Below, piece after piece: positions 18,482 through 29,537 of a DNA stretch of 64,000 nucleotides. The notes under the pieces were generated by a model. That model was not told where the DNA came from and ran no database searches. It saw nothing but the letters and a program-made list of their open reading frames with translations. How positions within the stretch are numbered: the stretch's first letter is position 1; every line of letters begins with the position of its first letter. Made by a program: the position numbers and the translations under genes. Origin of the DNA: Candidatus Limnocylindrus sp. (GTDB taxonomy: Bacteria > Chloroflexota > Limnocylindria > Limnocylindrales > Limnocylindraceae); assembly GCA_040397235.1 (NCBI GenBank), contig JBBAWH010000003.1:4038-68037 (forward strand), written 5' to 3'.

Positions 18482-19130
18482 CTTTTTTCCTCCAACGGCC
18501 TATGACATCGTAATTCTGGAGACCATAAAGTTTGTCGCCCCAGGTAATCTTCGTCTCTACGTAGTTCAGCAAGGGGCTCGTATCAAGCAGTCCGCCATCA
18601 GCCTCTTGTTCCCACTGTAGATAGGCGTAGTAATTGATGCCCGCGACGATAGTGCCGGGATCGTAGATCCCAAACGCGACGTCTTCATATCCGTCATTGA
18701 TTTGTTGGAACACATCCGCCACCCAGAAGTCAGTCCAGGGGAGGTTTGAGTCGCGCGCCCCGCCCCAATTGTACGAGTCAGCTGGAATCACATCTTGTTC
18801 TACTTGGAGGGTCCTCGTGGTGCGGTACGGTATTAGCATGTTGCTAACGGTGCTCGCACTCCACTCAAGGTAACGCTCTTTGAACCAGTCAAAGTTTGGC
18901 TGGCACCACTCATACTCAGTGGTGTCATGCCACAGATCGTCAACAGAATACGACCCCGTTTCGCTGTCAGGATTGTCTGATCCTGGAAATGTCCCTCCAA
19001 GTGAGTCTGATCCATTAACTCCCCCGCTGTTGACGGCACAAACAACACTTGTTGCGGAAGCTGGCTCGGGGGAACTTCCGATCACAAGTGCCGCTACGAG
19101 AAGGGCAGACCTGAGTGGACGCATCTTCAT
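18465..19130 (-). CDS. Hypothetical secreted Trp/Tyr-rich protein (low-GC islet gene 2)
   Basis: 221 aa with signal [26 protein letters not shown]. Aromatic-rich with no recognisable motif. The DNA is about 50% GC against about 68% nearby. Confidence 0.5.
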   Translation of the reverse strand: MKMRPLRSALLVAALVIGSSPEPASATSVVCAVNSGGVNGSDSLGGTFPGSDNPDSETGSYSVDDLWHDTTEYEWCQPNFDWFKERYLEWSASTVSNMLIPYRTTRTLQVEQDVIPADSYNWGGARDSNLPWTDFWVADVFQQINDGYEDVAFGIYDPGTIVAGINYYAYLQWEQEADGGLLDTSPLLNYVETKITWGDKLYGLQNYDVIGRWRKKVANNK

Positions 19131-20026
19131 GGCTTGATCGCTTTATTGCTCAGGTCCATTGGGATGAAGGGGTTTTCAAGCTCACCCGCGGCGACACGCG
19201 CGTTGATGAGCGTCATGAACGCATTCACCGGAGTTACGAGCCGGACGTGGGCCGCGCTGGCAGACCACGGAGCCAGCAGGTCAACTTCAGGATCAAAAAG
19301 CAAGACATCAGGTTGCCGATGGAGCAATGCGATGCCCGCGGATTGGGCGGATAGGTGTGCAGTACCAACCGTGAATCTGGCATGTTCGATGTTGCCCTCT
19401 AGCATGTCGCCAACGTGCGCCTGCGCAAGTAGGGCTCTGATGTCTGCAATAACAGCGGCGCAGGGCCGATTCCAAAAGTCGGGCTTTCCAGGGCCGAACC
19501 CAAACCGACTGACCCAAGCCTCGCCGATCCAAACGTCTTCTGCCGCGTCATCAATAGAAGCGTTTGTTTCTCTGCGCAGCTGGCACAGCCGCTCCATCGG
19601 CACGAAGCCGTTCATGGAGAGCAGACCAGCGTAAGAGATGCCCTCGCTCAGGCTTGCCGCTACCGCGCGACGCTCGGGCACATAGTCGTCAATCGAGTGA
19701 ACGCCATTAAACGGCACCTCCTGATAGACGTCGATCCAAAACGGCGCGAGACCTCGGGCGCTCAGCGTTCCCCTCGGCGCATGACGGGTATCGGCGACCG
19801 CTCTTGAGGGGATCCGTGCAAGATCAATGCCGTTACGGATCGCGAAGTCTTTCAAGTCCCTTAGTGCAGTGATGGCCCTCGAGTCGCCTCTGTCGGCCGC
19901 AAGTGTAAGGCGGCTCAGAAGTATGCCGGCTGGACCTTCGGCGGCCGCCGGGCTGAGTGCGGTACCTCCCCAAATTGCGACCACCATCGCAACCGAGAGC
20001 GCCAGCAAGATTCGTCTCATCCGCAT
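19127..20026 (-). CDS. Hypothetical secreted protein (islet gene 1)
   Basis: The track ORF extends to 20113 across tRNA-Pro, so it was trimmed to [21 protein letters not shown] (signal peptide). It overlaps the downstream gene by 4 nt. Confidence 0.5.
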   Translation of the reverse strand: MRMRRILLALSVAMVVAIWGGTALSPAAAEGPAGILLSRLTLAADRGDSRAITALRDLKDFAIRNGIDLARIPSRAVADTRHAPRGTLSARGLAPFWIDVYQEVPFNGVHSIDDYVPERRAVAASLSEGISYAGLLSMNGFVPMERLCQLRRETNASIDDAAEDVWIGEAWVSRFGFGPGKPDFWNRPCAAVIADIRALLAQAHVGDMLEGNIEHARFTVGTAHLSAQSAGIALLHRQPDVLLFDPEVDLLAPWSASAAHVRLVTPVNAFMTLINARVAAGELENPFIPMDLSNKAIKP

Positions 20027-20040
20027 CACCTGCCTCACAT

Positions 20041-20117
<77 letters not shown>

Positions 20118-20165
20118 ACCTTCTCATCCTAAACGCTGCGCCCAATCGGGTGGCATCATCACCCT

Positions 20166-21761
20166 ATGCCTGCTGAATCCACGTCCAAATCGGGCTCCCT
20201 CCGAGCCGCCGCCGCGTCAGCGATCGTCCCCGGGCTCGGCCAGTGGCTCGGCGGACGTCGCCGCGCAGCACTCCTCTCCGCCCTCCCCCTCCTCGTCTTC
20301 CTCGTCGTAGCGTTGGGCGCACTCCTCCTCTTCGGCGTGGTGCGCACCGCAGCGGCAGTTGCAACCCCGGGTCGCCTCACGCTGCTCTTCGCCCTGCTCC
20401 TCCTCTCAATCCCATGGCGCATCCTGGTGACTGTCGATGCTGCCCGCGGTACGAGGCGCACTCGCCGCTCAGCGATCCTGCTCGCGCTCGCCCTGCTCAT
20501 CTCCATCGCACCGCAGGCGGGTGCGGCGGCGATTGTCTATCGCGCCAAGGTTGCTGCAACCGATGTCTTCTCCGGCTTCGGCACGCCAACCCCCGACGGC
20601 TCAGCCGCAGAGAGTGCGACACCAACACCGCCACCACTCGCCGATCGATTCACAATGCTACTCATCGGCGCCGACACCATGGGGAACCGCAGTTCATTCA
20701 ACACCGACTCAATGATCATCGTCAGCTGGGATCGCATTGGCGGCTACGTCAGCACCGTCTCAATTCCCCGAGACCTCGTGAACGTACCCCTTGGGAATGG
20801 CGATGTATTCGGACCGAAGATCAACTCGCTCTGGTCGTATGCGCTGCGCTATCCGAAGAAGTTCCCAGAGGGGCCGGCCGTTGCGCTCAGCACAGCACTC
20901 GGCACCGCGTTCAACGTCAAGATTGACGCCACCGCCGTCGTCGTGATTCCAACCTTCGTCAAGATCATTGACCAGCTCGGCGGCGTTGACCTTACGATCC
21001 GACGCACCATTCTTGACGTCTCGTATCGGACCGACATGGACGGGGCACGACTACCCGCCGGCAACTGGCATATGAGTGGTGAGTGCGCCCTCGCCTACGC
21101 GCGCATTCGCAAGGCGCCGGGCACGGACGACATGACCCGTGGTCCACGACAGATTGAGATCCTGCTCGCCGCCCGCGATGAGTTGGCGCGCAGCGGAAAC
21201 TTTGTGGGCAACGCGCTCGCGCTCCTTGAAGTGATTGGCGATGGGGTGCGCACCGACCTCAACCCGGCACTTATTCCGCAGCTGGCTGAGGCGGCCGGAT
21301 CGTTTGACACGAGCAAGATCGTGCGTGCCGTGATCCAGCCAGGGGACACGATCCTGCGCTATCGACATAAGGGCGAATACAGCCCCTTCGGCTCAGTCGT
21401 CTTCTTTGACGCTGCACGCATGCTGATGCTCGGAGAGCGCCTCTTCCCAACCCCTGGAACACGGCCGTGGAGTTTCCCGGCGACTGCGAGCGAGCCGAAG
21501 CTCGGCGCCGAAGCAACCTTTAGCCCCGCGCCGCTCGCGAGTGGGGCCTCCCCAACGCCAACCGCGACGCCATCACCATCGCTGACCCATCCGTTCCCAA
21601 CGCTCGCCTCGTGCGACGCTGGGCTGCCGCTGCCGCGCTACACCCCGACTCCAGATCCAACCGCTCCACCAGAGAGCGCCTCACCGAGCCCAACGCCCAC
21701 AGAGACAGTCACACCCACGCCGATTCCAAGCGCATCAGAGAGCGCTCCCGCCGCCCCGTAG
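20166..21761 (+). CDS. LytR-CpsA-Psr (LCP) family cell-envelope glycopolymer transferase
   Basis: N-terminal TM. The LCP core is [25 protein letters not shown]...VSIPRDL. The C-terminal tail is Pro/Thr/Ser-rich. Confidence 0.8.
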   Translation: MPAESTSKSGSLRAAAASAIVPGLGQWLGGRRRAALLSALPLLVFLVVALGALLLFGVVRTAAAVATPGRLTLLFALLLLSIPWRILVTVDAARGTRRTRRSAILLALALLISIAPQAGAAAIVYRAKVAATDVFSGFGTPTPDGSAAESATPTPPPLADRFTMLLIGADTMGNRSSFNTDSMIIVSWDRIGGYVSTVSIPRDLVNVPLGNGDVFGPKINSLWSYALRYPKKFPEGPAVALSTALGTAFNVKIDATAVVVIPTFVKIIDQLGGVDLTIRRTILDVSYRTDMDGARLPAGNWHMSGECALAYARIRKAPGTDDMTRGPRQIEILLAARDELARSGNFVGNALALLEVIGDGVRTDLNPALIPQLAEAAGSFDTSKIVRAVIQPGDTILRYRHKGEYSPFGSVVFFDAARMLMLGERLFPTPGTRPWSFPATASEPKLGAEATFSPAPLASGASPTPTATPSPSLTHPFPTLASCDAGLPLPRYTPTPDPTAPPESASPSPTPTETVTPTPIPSASESAPAAP

Positions 21762-21808
21762 CGCGCAACGGCGGTGAATGCGGCGGGCGTTCCCCGTAGA
21801 ATCCGCGC

Positions 21809-22690
21809 ATGCCTTCACTGCAACACAACCTATTCGGCTGGATCTTGGGAGCGATTGCGGCGCTGAAGCCGCCTCGAGACGATGCGCATGCCCGTGCGAT
21901 GTTCGCGCGAATGCACAGCCAGAAGCCTGCGCTTCCGCCGAAGGGGATCTTGAAAACGGTGAGCGCCGAGGTTGATCAGACGCTTGGCTTCCCCGTTTGG
22001 ACCCTCACCCCAAAGAGCGGTGGGACTGATCTGCAGATGTTGTATCTGCATGGTGGAGCGTATGTGGGTGATGCTTCGATCATTCACTGGAACTTGTGCG
22101 CAGAGATTGCCCGCACCAGTGGCGCTACGGTTGTACTGCCGATCTATCCACTGGCGCCTGAGGCAACATGGTCAACATCGTTTGATGCTCTCCTGACGTT
22201 GGCGCGAGGTAGCGGCGGCAGCGCACCCGTGCTGATGGGTGATTCTGCTGGCGGTGGGCTTGCACTGGCGCTTGCGCAACGCGTCGCCACAGGCGGTGGC
22301 TCACCGCGTGTCGCACTCATCTCGCCCTGGCTTGACGTGACCATGTCCGATCCCAAGACGCCAACATACGACCGCGCCGATCCCATTCTCAGCGCACCGT
22401 TTCTTGAAGTTGCGGGTCGCTTCTGGGCCGGCAGCGACGACCCTCGCCGCGCCGAAGTGAGTCCGCAGTTCGGTTCACTCCGCGGGATTCGCGAGCTGCT
22501 GCTCTTTAGTGGCTCGCGCGATGTGCTCTACCCGCAAGCGCTCCAGCTGGTGGCAGATGCAAAAGCCGCCGGCGTCTCCTGCACCGCCTATCTCGAGGAA
22601 GGACTTGTGCACGTGTATCCGCTGCTACCGATCCCCGAGGCGAAGGGGCCGCGCGCGGCACTTAGCGCGTTTGTTCGAGCTCACTCCTAA
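21809..22690 (+). CDS. Alpha/beta hydrolase (esterase/lipase, HSL-like fold-3)
   Basis: LHGGAYVGD oxyanion motif with the GDSAGG nucleophile elbow. Confidence 0.75.
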   Translation: MPSLQHNLFGWILGAIAALKPPRDDAHARAMFARMHSQKPALPPKGILKTVSAEVDQTLGFPVWTLTPKSGGTDLQMLYLHGGAYVGDASIIHWNLCAEIARTSGATVVLPIYPLAPEATWSTSFDALLTLARGSGGSAPVLMGDSAGGGLALALAQRVATGGGSPRVALISPWLDVTMSDPKTPTYDRADPILSAPFLEVAGRFWAGSDDPRRAEVSPQFGSLRGIRELLLFSGSRDVLYPQALQLVADAKAAGVSCTAYLEEGLVHVYPLLPIPEAKGPRAALSAFVRAHS

Positions 22691-23270
22691 GCGCTGCTGC
22701 AACAAGGGCGGCGGCACGGCCGCGGTGGCTGAGCGCATCCTTTTCTGCAGGTGCGCGTTCCGCCATCGTCCGACCATCAACCTCAAAGATCGGGTCGTAT
22801 CCGAAGCCGAACTCCCCTCGCGGCGCTGTGGTGAGAGCGCCAGGGCACTCACCACGGAAGGTGCGCGCTGAGCCGTTGACGGGATCAATCAGCGCCATGG
22901 TGCAGACGAAGCGCGCCGATCGATCAACGACCCGCGCGGTTTCAACAAGGAGCTTCTCGTAGTTCTGCACGTCGGTGGCATCTGGCCCTGCGTAGCGACG
23001 CGTGTAGACGCCAGGTGCACCGTTCAGCGCCGCCACCTCAAGGCCAGAGTCGTCGGCAAGCGTCCACTCGCTCGAAGCCTCTGCATACCAGCGAGCCTTC
23101 TGCAGCGCGTTCGCTTCGAATGTCGCGCCGTCTTCTGGTGCCTCGTCGGTGATGCCAAGGTCGCGCAGCGTCACCAGGTTAATCGGCAGATCGCCGAAGA
23201 GGCGCTGTAGCTCGATCAGCTTATGGGCAGAGCCAGTGGCGACGAGGAGCCGTCGTCGCGGCGCGATCAC
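22662..23270 (-). CDS. rdgB: Non-canonical purine NTP pyrophosphatase RdgB/HAM1
   Basis: [13 protein letters not shown]...FGYDPIF...HRGRA matches the family. Confidence 0.85.
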   Translation of the reverse strand: MIAPRRRLLVATGSAHKLIELQRLFGDLPINLVTLRDLGITDEAPEDGATFEANALQKARWYAEASSEWTLADDSGLEVAALNGAPGVYTRRYAGPDATDVQNYEKLLVETARVVDRSARFVCTMALIDPVNGSARTFRGECPGALTTAPRGEFGFGYDPIFEVDGRTMAERAPAEKDALSHRGRAAALVAAALRSELEQTR

Positions 23271-23980
23271 GCGCCGGCGAGGGTGTCGCGCTGGAACTTG
23301 ATGAGGTCGGCGATCCCGGCGTCGGCAAGCTTCAACATCTCGTCGAGGGCGGTGCGGTGGAACGGATCCTGTTCAGCCGTCCCCTGCAGTTCGACATAGT
23401 GGCCAGCGTCGGTGGCGACCACGTTCAGGTCGACATCGGCACGGCTGTCCTCTTCGTACGGCAGGTCGAGAACGGCCTGGCCGTCGACGATGCCGACCGA
23501 GACGGCGGCAACGTTGCGCACCAGGTGCGCCTCAAGCTTCTTGGCGCGCATGGCGAGGGCGAGGGCGATCCAGCCGCCGGTGATGCTGGCGCAGCGCGTG
23601 CCGCCGTCGGCAACGAGCACGTCGCAGTCGATGAGAATCGAGCGCTCACCGAGTTTGGTCAGGTTGACCGACTGCCGAAGGGCGCGGCCAATCAGGCGCT
23701 GAATCTCATGGGTGCGGCCGCCAAGCTTGCCGCGGACCGCCTCACGATCGGAGCGGGTGTTGGTGGCGCGCGGCAGCATGCTGTACTCAGCGGTGACCCA
23801 GCCGGTCCCCTTGCCGCGAAGGTGTGGCGGCACGCGCTCTTCAATAGAGGCTGAGCAGATCACCACGGTGTTGCCGATCGAGATGATGGCGGAGCCCTCG
23901 GCCCACTTCTGGACACCGAGTTCAATCTTCAGATCGCGGAGTTGATCTACGGCGCGTCCGTCGGCTCGCAGCTTGCTCAT
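23267..23980 (-). CDS. rph: Ribonuclease PH
   Basis: [16 protein letters not shown]...[16 protein letters not shown] matches RNase PH. 4-nt overlap with rdgB. Confidence 0.9.
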   Translation of the reverse strand: MSKLRADGRAVDQLRDLKIELGVQKWAEGSAIISIGNTVVICSASIEERVPPHLRGKGTGWVTAEYSMLPRATNTRSDREAVRGKLGGRTHEIQRLIGRALRQSVNLTKLGERSILIDCDVLVADGGTRCASITGGWIALALAMRAKKLEAHLVRNVAAVSVGIVDGQAVLDLPYEEDSRADVDLNVVATDAGHYVELQGTAEQDPFHRTALDEMLKLADAGIADLIKFQRDTLAGA

Positions 23981-23988
23981 CGTGCCCC

Positions 23989-25218
23989 CTACCCTTTCAC
24001 TTCGCGCTCGGCGGCTTTTGCCTCATCCCAGAGCGCATCTAATGTGGTGAAGTCTGCATCTTTTAGCACGATCCCGCGTGAGGCGGCGCGACGCTCGACC
24101 TCGCCGAAGCGGCGTCGGAACTTGTCGTTGGCCCCACGGAGCGCCGCCTCGGCATCAATGCCGCTGCGGCGACCCAGATTCACGATCACGGCGAGCACGT
24201 CGCCCAGCTCCTCTTGCGCGTGCGCCAACGTGGCGGCGCTCAAAGCCTGCGTGCTGGTGATCTGGTCGGGGTGACCAGCCTCGGCGAGCGCCTCATCGAG
24301 CTCGGCCAACTCTTCGCTGATCTTCGCCCGTACGCCGTCGAGGGTTGGCCAGTCGTAGCCAACGGCACTGGCGCGGTCCTGCAGCTCGCGGCTCGCCGAG
24401 AGGGCCGGGAGTCCGCGACTCACCCCATCAAGCGCACCCTTCGCCTTGTCACCTTCGCCAGCTGCGGCACGTTCGCTCGCCTTGATCGCCTCCCAGTTCC
24501 GCTGCACGTCGCGCGTCGTTGCTGCGCTCGCGTCACCGAAGACGTGTGGGTGTCGGCGCACGATCTTGCGCACGAGCCCGTCCTGCACATCGGCAAGATC
24601 AAAGTCGCCGCGCTCCTGCGCGATCTGCGAGTGCAGCACCACTTGCAGCAGCACGTCGCCAAGCTCCTCGGCTAGATCGGCGGTAGCCCGTGGTCGCTCC
24701 GCCTCGCTCGCCGACTCGAGCGCCGCGATCGCGTCGTGCAGCTCCCAGGCCTCTTCAATGAGGTGCTTCGCCAGTGATGCATGGGTCTGCTCACGATCCC
24801 ACGGGCAGCCGTCGGGTGCACGGAGGCGGGCGCTGAGCCACGGCATCGTCCACGGTGTGGCGAAGGCATCGAGCGGCTCGAGCCCAGCGATATAGATGGC
24901 TTGCTCCTCGCCCGCGCCACCAGATGTGCAGGAGCCAAGGGTGCTGGCGCCGCCACTTGGCAGCAGTCTCACCACTCGTTCGGCGCTGTAGAGGCGCGAA
25001 AGGAGTGCAAAACCTGAACCACCGCGGCCCGGCAACTGGTCACTCGTCGTTGCGCTGTCGAGAAGCACGATGAGTGGGCGCGCCGTATCAATTGCAACGG
25101 CACCGCACAGACTTAGCGCAACGATGGTGACGCCGTTCGTTGGATCTAGGCTCGCATCGGCACGTTGCGCAGCTGCGAAAAGGGCGTCAATCGATCCGCT
25201 GAACCCCTTCGCGGTCAC
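23989..25218 (-). CDS. mazG: MazG nucleoside triphosphate pyrophosphohydrolase with about 100-aa N-terminal extension
   Basis: Two MazG EExxE/D-type motifs ([28 protein letters not shown]) and a second repeat ([12 protein letters not shown]). Confidence 0.8.
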   Translation of the reverse strand: MTAKGFSGSIDALFAAAQRADASLDPTNGVTIVALSLCGAVAIDTARPLIVLLDSATTSDQLPGRGGSGFALLSRLYSAERVVRLLPSGGASTLGSCTSGGAGEEQAIYIAGLEPLDAFATPWTMPWLSARLRAPDGCPWDREQTHASLAKHLIEEAWELHDAIAALESASEAERPRATADLAEELGDVLLQVVLHSQIAQERGDFDLADVQDGLVRKIVRRHPHVFGDASAATTRDVQRNWEAIKASERAAAGEGDKAKGALDGVSRGLPALSASRELQDRASAVGYDWPTLDGVRAKISEELAELDEALAEAGHPDQITSTQALSAATLAHAQEELGDVLAVIVNLGRRSGIDAEAALRGANDKFRRRFGEVERRAASRGIVLKDADFTTLDALWDEAKAAEREVKG

Positions 25219-26954
25219 GGAGTTGGCGAAGCCCCAGCCTCCTGCACCACGGCTCCGTCAATCGCCACGCGCGCCGCGGAGCGGTAGAGGTCGAGCCAAA
25301 TCGAGAAGCCGCTCCCCTTAATGCCGGTGATCTGATCAGCCGTCAAGGCACGCATCTCCACGCCATCAACATGCACGATGAGATAGGTGTTGGAACTCTC
25401 GACAACGGCGCTCGTGCCGCCAGCCGTCAGCCCCCACACCACGCTGCCAAGCTCTGGGTTGACCGTGTACTTCGGCACGTAGCCTGGGCTTGCGAAGGTG
25501 AGCTCTTCAATCGCAAGCGTGGCGGTGGTGGCGGCATCCTTGAAGTCCACACCGTCAAGGGCAAGCGCCGTGGCGAGTTCGTCGAGGCGATCCTTGAGCG
25601 ATGGCCGGCGCGCATCGAACTCAATCACGTGATAGCCAAACTCGGTCTTAATTGGGCCGAGGATGTCGTTGTGCTTCACCCCGTCGGCCCAAATTGCCGC
25701 CTCAAACTCTGACACGTAGGTCCCCTTCGGTGCCCATACCAAGAGTCCGCCGTCGGCTCCAGAGGTCTTGTCATCACTCTCCTTCGCCTCAGTCTCGAAG
25801 CTTGCGCCGCTCTTCAGTCGGGCGACAAGATCGATCGCCTCTTTCTCGACGGCGGCCCAGGCCGGATCCGTAGGTTCGAGATCGCCTGCAGTGTTCGGAT
25901 CATCGTTTGGGCTGTAGAGGATGTGGCTGACCTGAATTTGCGCAGCATCTGTCGCTGGAACGGTAGCTGCGACGTAGCTGACCTCGCGCTGCTCGACTGG
26001 GCCAGCAAGTAGCTGTGCCGTGATCTTGTCGCTGAGGGCGGTCTGTAACGCGCGCTCCTCGGTCATACGCTCGTAGAGGCCGCGATCAATCCCTGCGTCA
26101 CTGATCTGCTTCTCAAAGTCTGGATCAAGTTTCGAAGCCTGGGACTTCTCAAGGCGGAAGATGACGAACTGATCTTCTGAACGTGCAATAACGGCGGTCA
26201 TCGGCTGGGTAGAGCCATCCGCTGTCGGCATAAGCGCCCAGGCGGCCGCATATCCGAGATCCTCTGTCGGATCTTCGGCCTCCGTGGTCCAACCAACGAG
26301 CCCGCCGAGCTCAGCAAATGAGTCGGTTGAATCGCGCTTCGCGATTACGGCGAAATCACCACCCGCCTTGATCTCGGCGAGGATCGCCTCAGCCTTCGCC
26401 TTCGCTGCCGCTCGTGTGGCGGCGGTTGGCTTCTTCGTCTGCGCATCATCGGCGGAATCGATGCTGATGCGGCGGAAGAGTCGTAGCTCTGGGAGCGTTG
26501 TCTCCTTCGCCCATTCAGTGGCGAACACGGCTGGGTCGGCGATGACACCATTCGCCACGGCGAGGTCACGAATCAGTAGTGTGTCGACCATGTCGGTCGT
26601 AACCTGGTTACTGATTGCCTCTGCCTGCTCATTCAGCGCCTGGAGGGCGGTGTCGCCGGCGCTATTGCTCATGGTGCCAGCGGCAACGCGGGCGCGAATG
26701 CGTGAACCCTCGAGAGCGATGCGGAAGGCGGTGACCTCGGCTCGAGCCTTTGCCTCAGCCTTGTTGATCCCAGCGTTATTCACTTCAACCGCGGGTGCCC
26801 AGGTGGTGTCATAGACGGAGTAGCCGGCAACGCCGACGAGGAGGGCTCCAGCAAGGGCGATCGCAACAACGAATGAGAGGTTGGTCAGCGCCGTTTTGTC
26901 GGCGGCCTGATATCGGGCGGCGGCACGGGCGCGTAGGCGTGTGATCGGGTTCAT
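25215..26954 (-). CDS. Membrane-anchored peptidyl-prolyl cis-trans isomerase with two parvulin-like domains (SurA/PpiD-like)
   Basis: N-terminal TM. Two rotamase-like segments (GGDFAVIAKRDSTD...GGLVGW and SGASFETEAKESDDKTSGADGGLLVW). Confidence 0.65.
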   Translation of the reverse strand: MNPITRLRARAAARYQAADKTALTNLSFVVAIALAGALLVGVAGYSVYDTTWAPAVEVNNAGINKAEAKARAEVTAFRIALEGSRIRARVAAGTMSNSAGDTALQALNEQAEAISNQVTTDMVDTLLIRDLAVANGVIADPAVFATEWAKETTLPELRLFRRISIDSADDAQTKKPTAATRAAAKAKAEAILAEIKAGGDFAVIAKRDSTDSFAELGGLVGWTTEAEDPTEDLGYAAAWALMPTADGSTQPMTAVIARSEDQFVIFRLEKSQASKLDPDFEKQISDAGIDRGLYERMTEERALQTALSDKITAQLLAGPVEQREVSYVAATVPATDAAQIQVSHILYSPNDDPNTAGDLEPTDPAWAAVEKEAIDLVARLKSGASFETEAKESDDKTSGADGGLLVWAPKGTYVSEFEAAIWADGVKHNDILGPIKTEFGYHVIEFDARRPSLKDRLDELATALALDGVDFKDAATTATLAIEELTFASPGYVPKYTVNPELGSVVWGLTAGGTSAVVESSNTYLIVHVDGVEMRALTADQITGIKGSGFSIWLDLYRSAARVAIDGAVVQEAGASPTP

Positions 26955-27028
26955 GCTCAGTGATCCTCCTTCAGTCGGGGTCTGGATAGGGGCAGTATAG
27001 GGGGGACGGGTGCTATTCTCGCCCTCTC

Positions 27029-27883
27029 ATGACGACCCACAGCACGGAACTGACCGTCGGCAGGCCGCGCCGAGGCAGCATTGGCACCATCTTCGAGAGC
27101 CTTACCTCCCTTGTGGAGCGCCGCCGGCTCGTCTGGTATCTGACGATCTCCGAGATCCGAAACAAGGGGACCAACTCCCTTCTCGGCAACGTCTGGTGGT
27201 TCCTCGACCCCGCCCTCCAGCTCTTTGTCTACTTTCTCCTGGTCAGCGTCATCTTCCAACAGGCTCAGCCGGCGATCCTCCTCTTCCTCGGCGCCGCCAT
27301 CCTCCCCTGGAAGTGGTTTACCGCTGCGCTCGCCTCCGCCACGACCTCGGTTCGCGGCCGCGAGCAGGTGATGCGCCAGATCGCCTTCCCTCACCTCGTT
27401 CTTCCAGCCTCATCCGTACTCGCAAGCGTCGCGAACTTCATCTTTGCCCTCGTACCGCTCGGAGCGCTCTATCTGCTCTACCCCGATCGACTCACCCCCT
27501 GGGCGCTCGCTGTTCTTCCCGTCGCGGTGGTGCAGTTCCTCTGGACCATCCCTGCCGTGATTGCGCTCAGTGCGGTCGGCGTCTTCTTCCGTGACATCTC
27601 GAACTTCATCCCCCATGGGCTACGCATCTGGTTCTATCTCTCTCCTGCGCTCTTCCCGATCGAAACACTCCGCGCTATCGGTGACCGACACCCGTGGTTT
27701 GGCTTCTTCGTCGACATCAACCCATTTACCTGGATCTTCTCTGGCTATCGCGACGCCCTCTACTACGGCCGCTCACCAGAGTGGGGGGCGCTCGGCATCC
27801 TGGCCCTCGCCTCAATTCCGGTAACCCTGCTCACCATCTACCTCTTCCGACGAGTTTCGCCACTCTTTGTGAAGGTGCTCTAA
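27029..27883 (+). CDS. ABC-2 type polysaccharide/teichoic-acid exporter permease (Wzm/TagG-like)
   Basis: WYLTISEIRNKGTNSLLGNVWWFLDP is the characteristic N-terminus of ABC-2 family members. 6 TM helices. Confidence 0.8.
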   Translation: MTTHSTELTVGRPRRGSIGTIFESLTSLVERRRLVWYLTISEIRNKGTNSLLGNVWWFLDPALQLFVYFLLVSVIFQQAQPAILLFLGAAILPWKWFTAALASATTSVRGREQVMRQIAFPHLVLPASSVLASVANFIFALVPLGALYLLYPDRLTPWALAVLPVAVVQFLWTIPAVIALSAVGVFFRDISNFIPHGLRIWFYLSPALFPIETLRAIGDRHPWFGFFVDINPFTWIFSGYRDALYYGRSPEWGALGILALASIPVTLLTIYLFRRVSPLFVKVL

Positions 27884-28699
27884 GTGGCGCAACGAAAGAT
27901 CTCCCGCGTGCAGGCTGCGCCGCCACCGATCCTGCTCACTGGCCTTGGGGTTCAGTACGACCTGCGTCTGAGCAAGAAGCGCAAGCTGCGCGATACGGTG
28001 CTGCGCGACGGCCGACACTCCCAGAGCGGCAAGTTCTGGGCGCTGCGCGACGTTGACTTTCGTGTTGAGGCGGGTGAATCCGTCGCAGTGATTGGGCCCA
28101 ATGGCGCAGGGAAGAGCACCATGCTGCAGGTACTGGCCGGCATCCTGGAGCCTTCGGTCGGCAAGGTCGAGGTTCGAGGCAAGATCGCCACGCTGCTACA
28201 GCTCGGGGCTGGCTTTGACCCAGAGCTAAATGCACGCGAAAACACGCTCCTTGTTGGTGAGTTTCTCGGCATCCCCCACAAGGAGATGGTGCGGCGCGTG
28301 CCAGCGATTCTTGAATTCGCTGGACTCGGTGAATTCGCCGAGGCTGAGGTGCGCACATACAGCACAGGGATGCGTGCACGCCTTGGGTTCAGCGTCGCGA
28401 CCTCGGTTGAGCCCGATGTGCTGCTCCTTGATGAGGTCCTCTCAACCGGCGATGCCGCCTTCATTGAAAAGTCGCGTGGCAGGATCATAGAGCTCATGAA
28501 GCGGGCACGAGCAATTGTGTTCGTGACGCACGACCTCGACTCTGCCGCCACGTTCTGCACGCGGGCCATTGAACTTGAGGGTGGCCGGATTGTGGCGGAC
28601 GGTCCAGCAAAAAAGGTGATCGCCGCCTATAAGAAAAAGATGGCGAAGCGTTCTGCTACGGCGTCACGCTCGGGTCAGGGAGCCCGCCGCGGTAATTAA
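27884..28699 (+). CDS. ABC transporter ATP-binding protein (Wzt/TagH-like, no C-terminal extension)
   Basis: Walker [10 protein letters not shown], signature YSTGMRARLGF, Walker B LLLDEV. Starts 1 nt after the permease stop. Confidence 0.85.
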   Translation: MAQRKISRVQAAPPPILLTGLGVQYDLRLSKKRKLRDTVLRDGRHSQSGKFWALRDVDFRVEAGESVAVIGPNGAGKSTMLQVLAGILEPSVGKVEVRGKIATLLQLGAGFDPELNARENTLLVGEFLGIPHKEMVRRVPAILEFAGLGEFAEAEVRTYSTGMRARLGFSVATSVEPDVLLLDEVLSTGDAAFIEKSRGRIIELMKRARAIVFVTHDLDSAATFCTRAIELEGGRIVADGPAKKVIAAYKKKMAKRSATASRSGQGARRGN

Positions 28700-29531
28700 G
28701 GATTACGAGCAGCGTCCTCACGGAATCTAGATCGAGGGTCGGCTGCACATCCGCACTCTGGAGCACGGCCGAGGCGATGCTGTTCACGGCGACCACTCGG
28801 CCCACAGAGAGCCCTCGTGGGAAGGCAGAGCGCAGCGTTGGGCTTAGCTCAATCCCAGAGGTGGTGATCTCCGCCCCAACAAGCACCTGGCGTTGTGCGT
28901 CGACGTCATCAAAGGCGAGCGGGTTGGCGGCACGCCCGCGAACCTGCCCGATCGCACCGGTTGAGGCGACCTCGGAGGTAACGGAAAACTCTGGGTCGGT
29001 GAGGAGACGGACCTGGCAGCTCTGATCGGAGACCTGCACCACGCGCCCCGCGAGTGAGGCGCCCGCCCCGATGACGACGTCACCAACCTTTACGCCATCG
29101 GTGCTCCCAACATCAAGAATTATGTAGCGCCGGTCGATCGCAAAATCACGCGCAACGACCTGGGCCGCAACCGTCGCAAACGAGGTCGTCGCACGCAAGT
29201 CGAGCGTCGCCTGAAGTTCCGCTACTTCACGTTCAAGGCTCGCGATCCGAGCCGCCTCAGAGGCAAGCTGATCACGCTCCTCAAGCAGCGCGGTGAGCCG
29301 GGCTTGCAGGCTACGAATGTCTACGAAGAGATCGCGAACTGATGCAGCCCCTCGCCCCGCCGCGGCAACGGGCTCGCTGAGCGTGCGCACCACCTGCCCC
29401 GCCGCACCTTGCACGGCGAGTACCGGAGCGCTGCTAGAGAGTAGGAAGAGGAGCCCGTTGAAGAGCAGCACGACGCCAACGGCGACAAGGCCAGCCTGCG
29501 GATTGCGCTCTCCACGATCGCGGGGGAGCAT
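28656..29531 (-). CDS. mreC: Rod shape-determining protein MreC
   Basis: N-terminal TM, a coiled-coil (LQARLTALLEERDQLASE...) and a C-terminal beta domain. Immediately downstream of mreB. Confidence 0.8.
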   Translation of the reverse strand: MLPRDRGERNPQAGLVAVGVVLLFNGLLFLLSSSAPVLAVQGAAGQVVRTLSEPVAAAGRGAASVRDLFVDIRSLQARLTALLEERDQLASEAARIASLEREVAELQATLDLRATTSFATVAAQVVARDFAIDRRYIILDVGSTDGVKVGDVVIGAGASLAGRVVQVSDQSCQVRLLTDPEFSVTSEVASTGAIGQVRGRAANPLAFDDVDAQRQVLVGAEITTSGIELSPTLRSAFPRGLSVGRVVAVNSIASAVLQSADVQPTLDLDSVRTLLVILNYRGGLPDPSVTP

Positions 29532-29537
29532 GGGTCC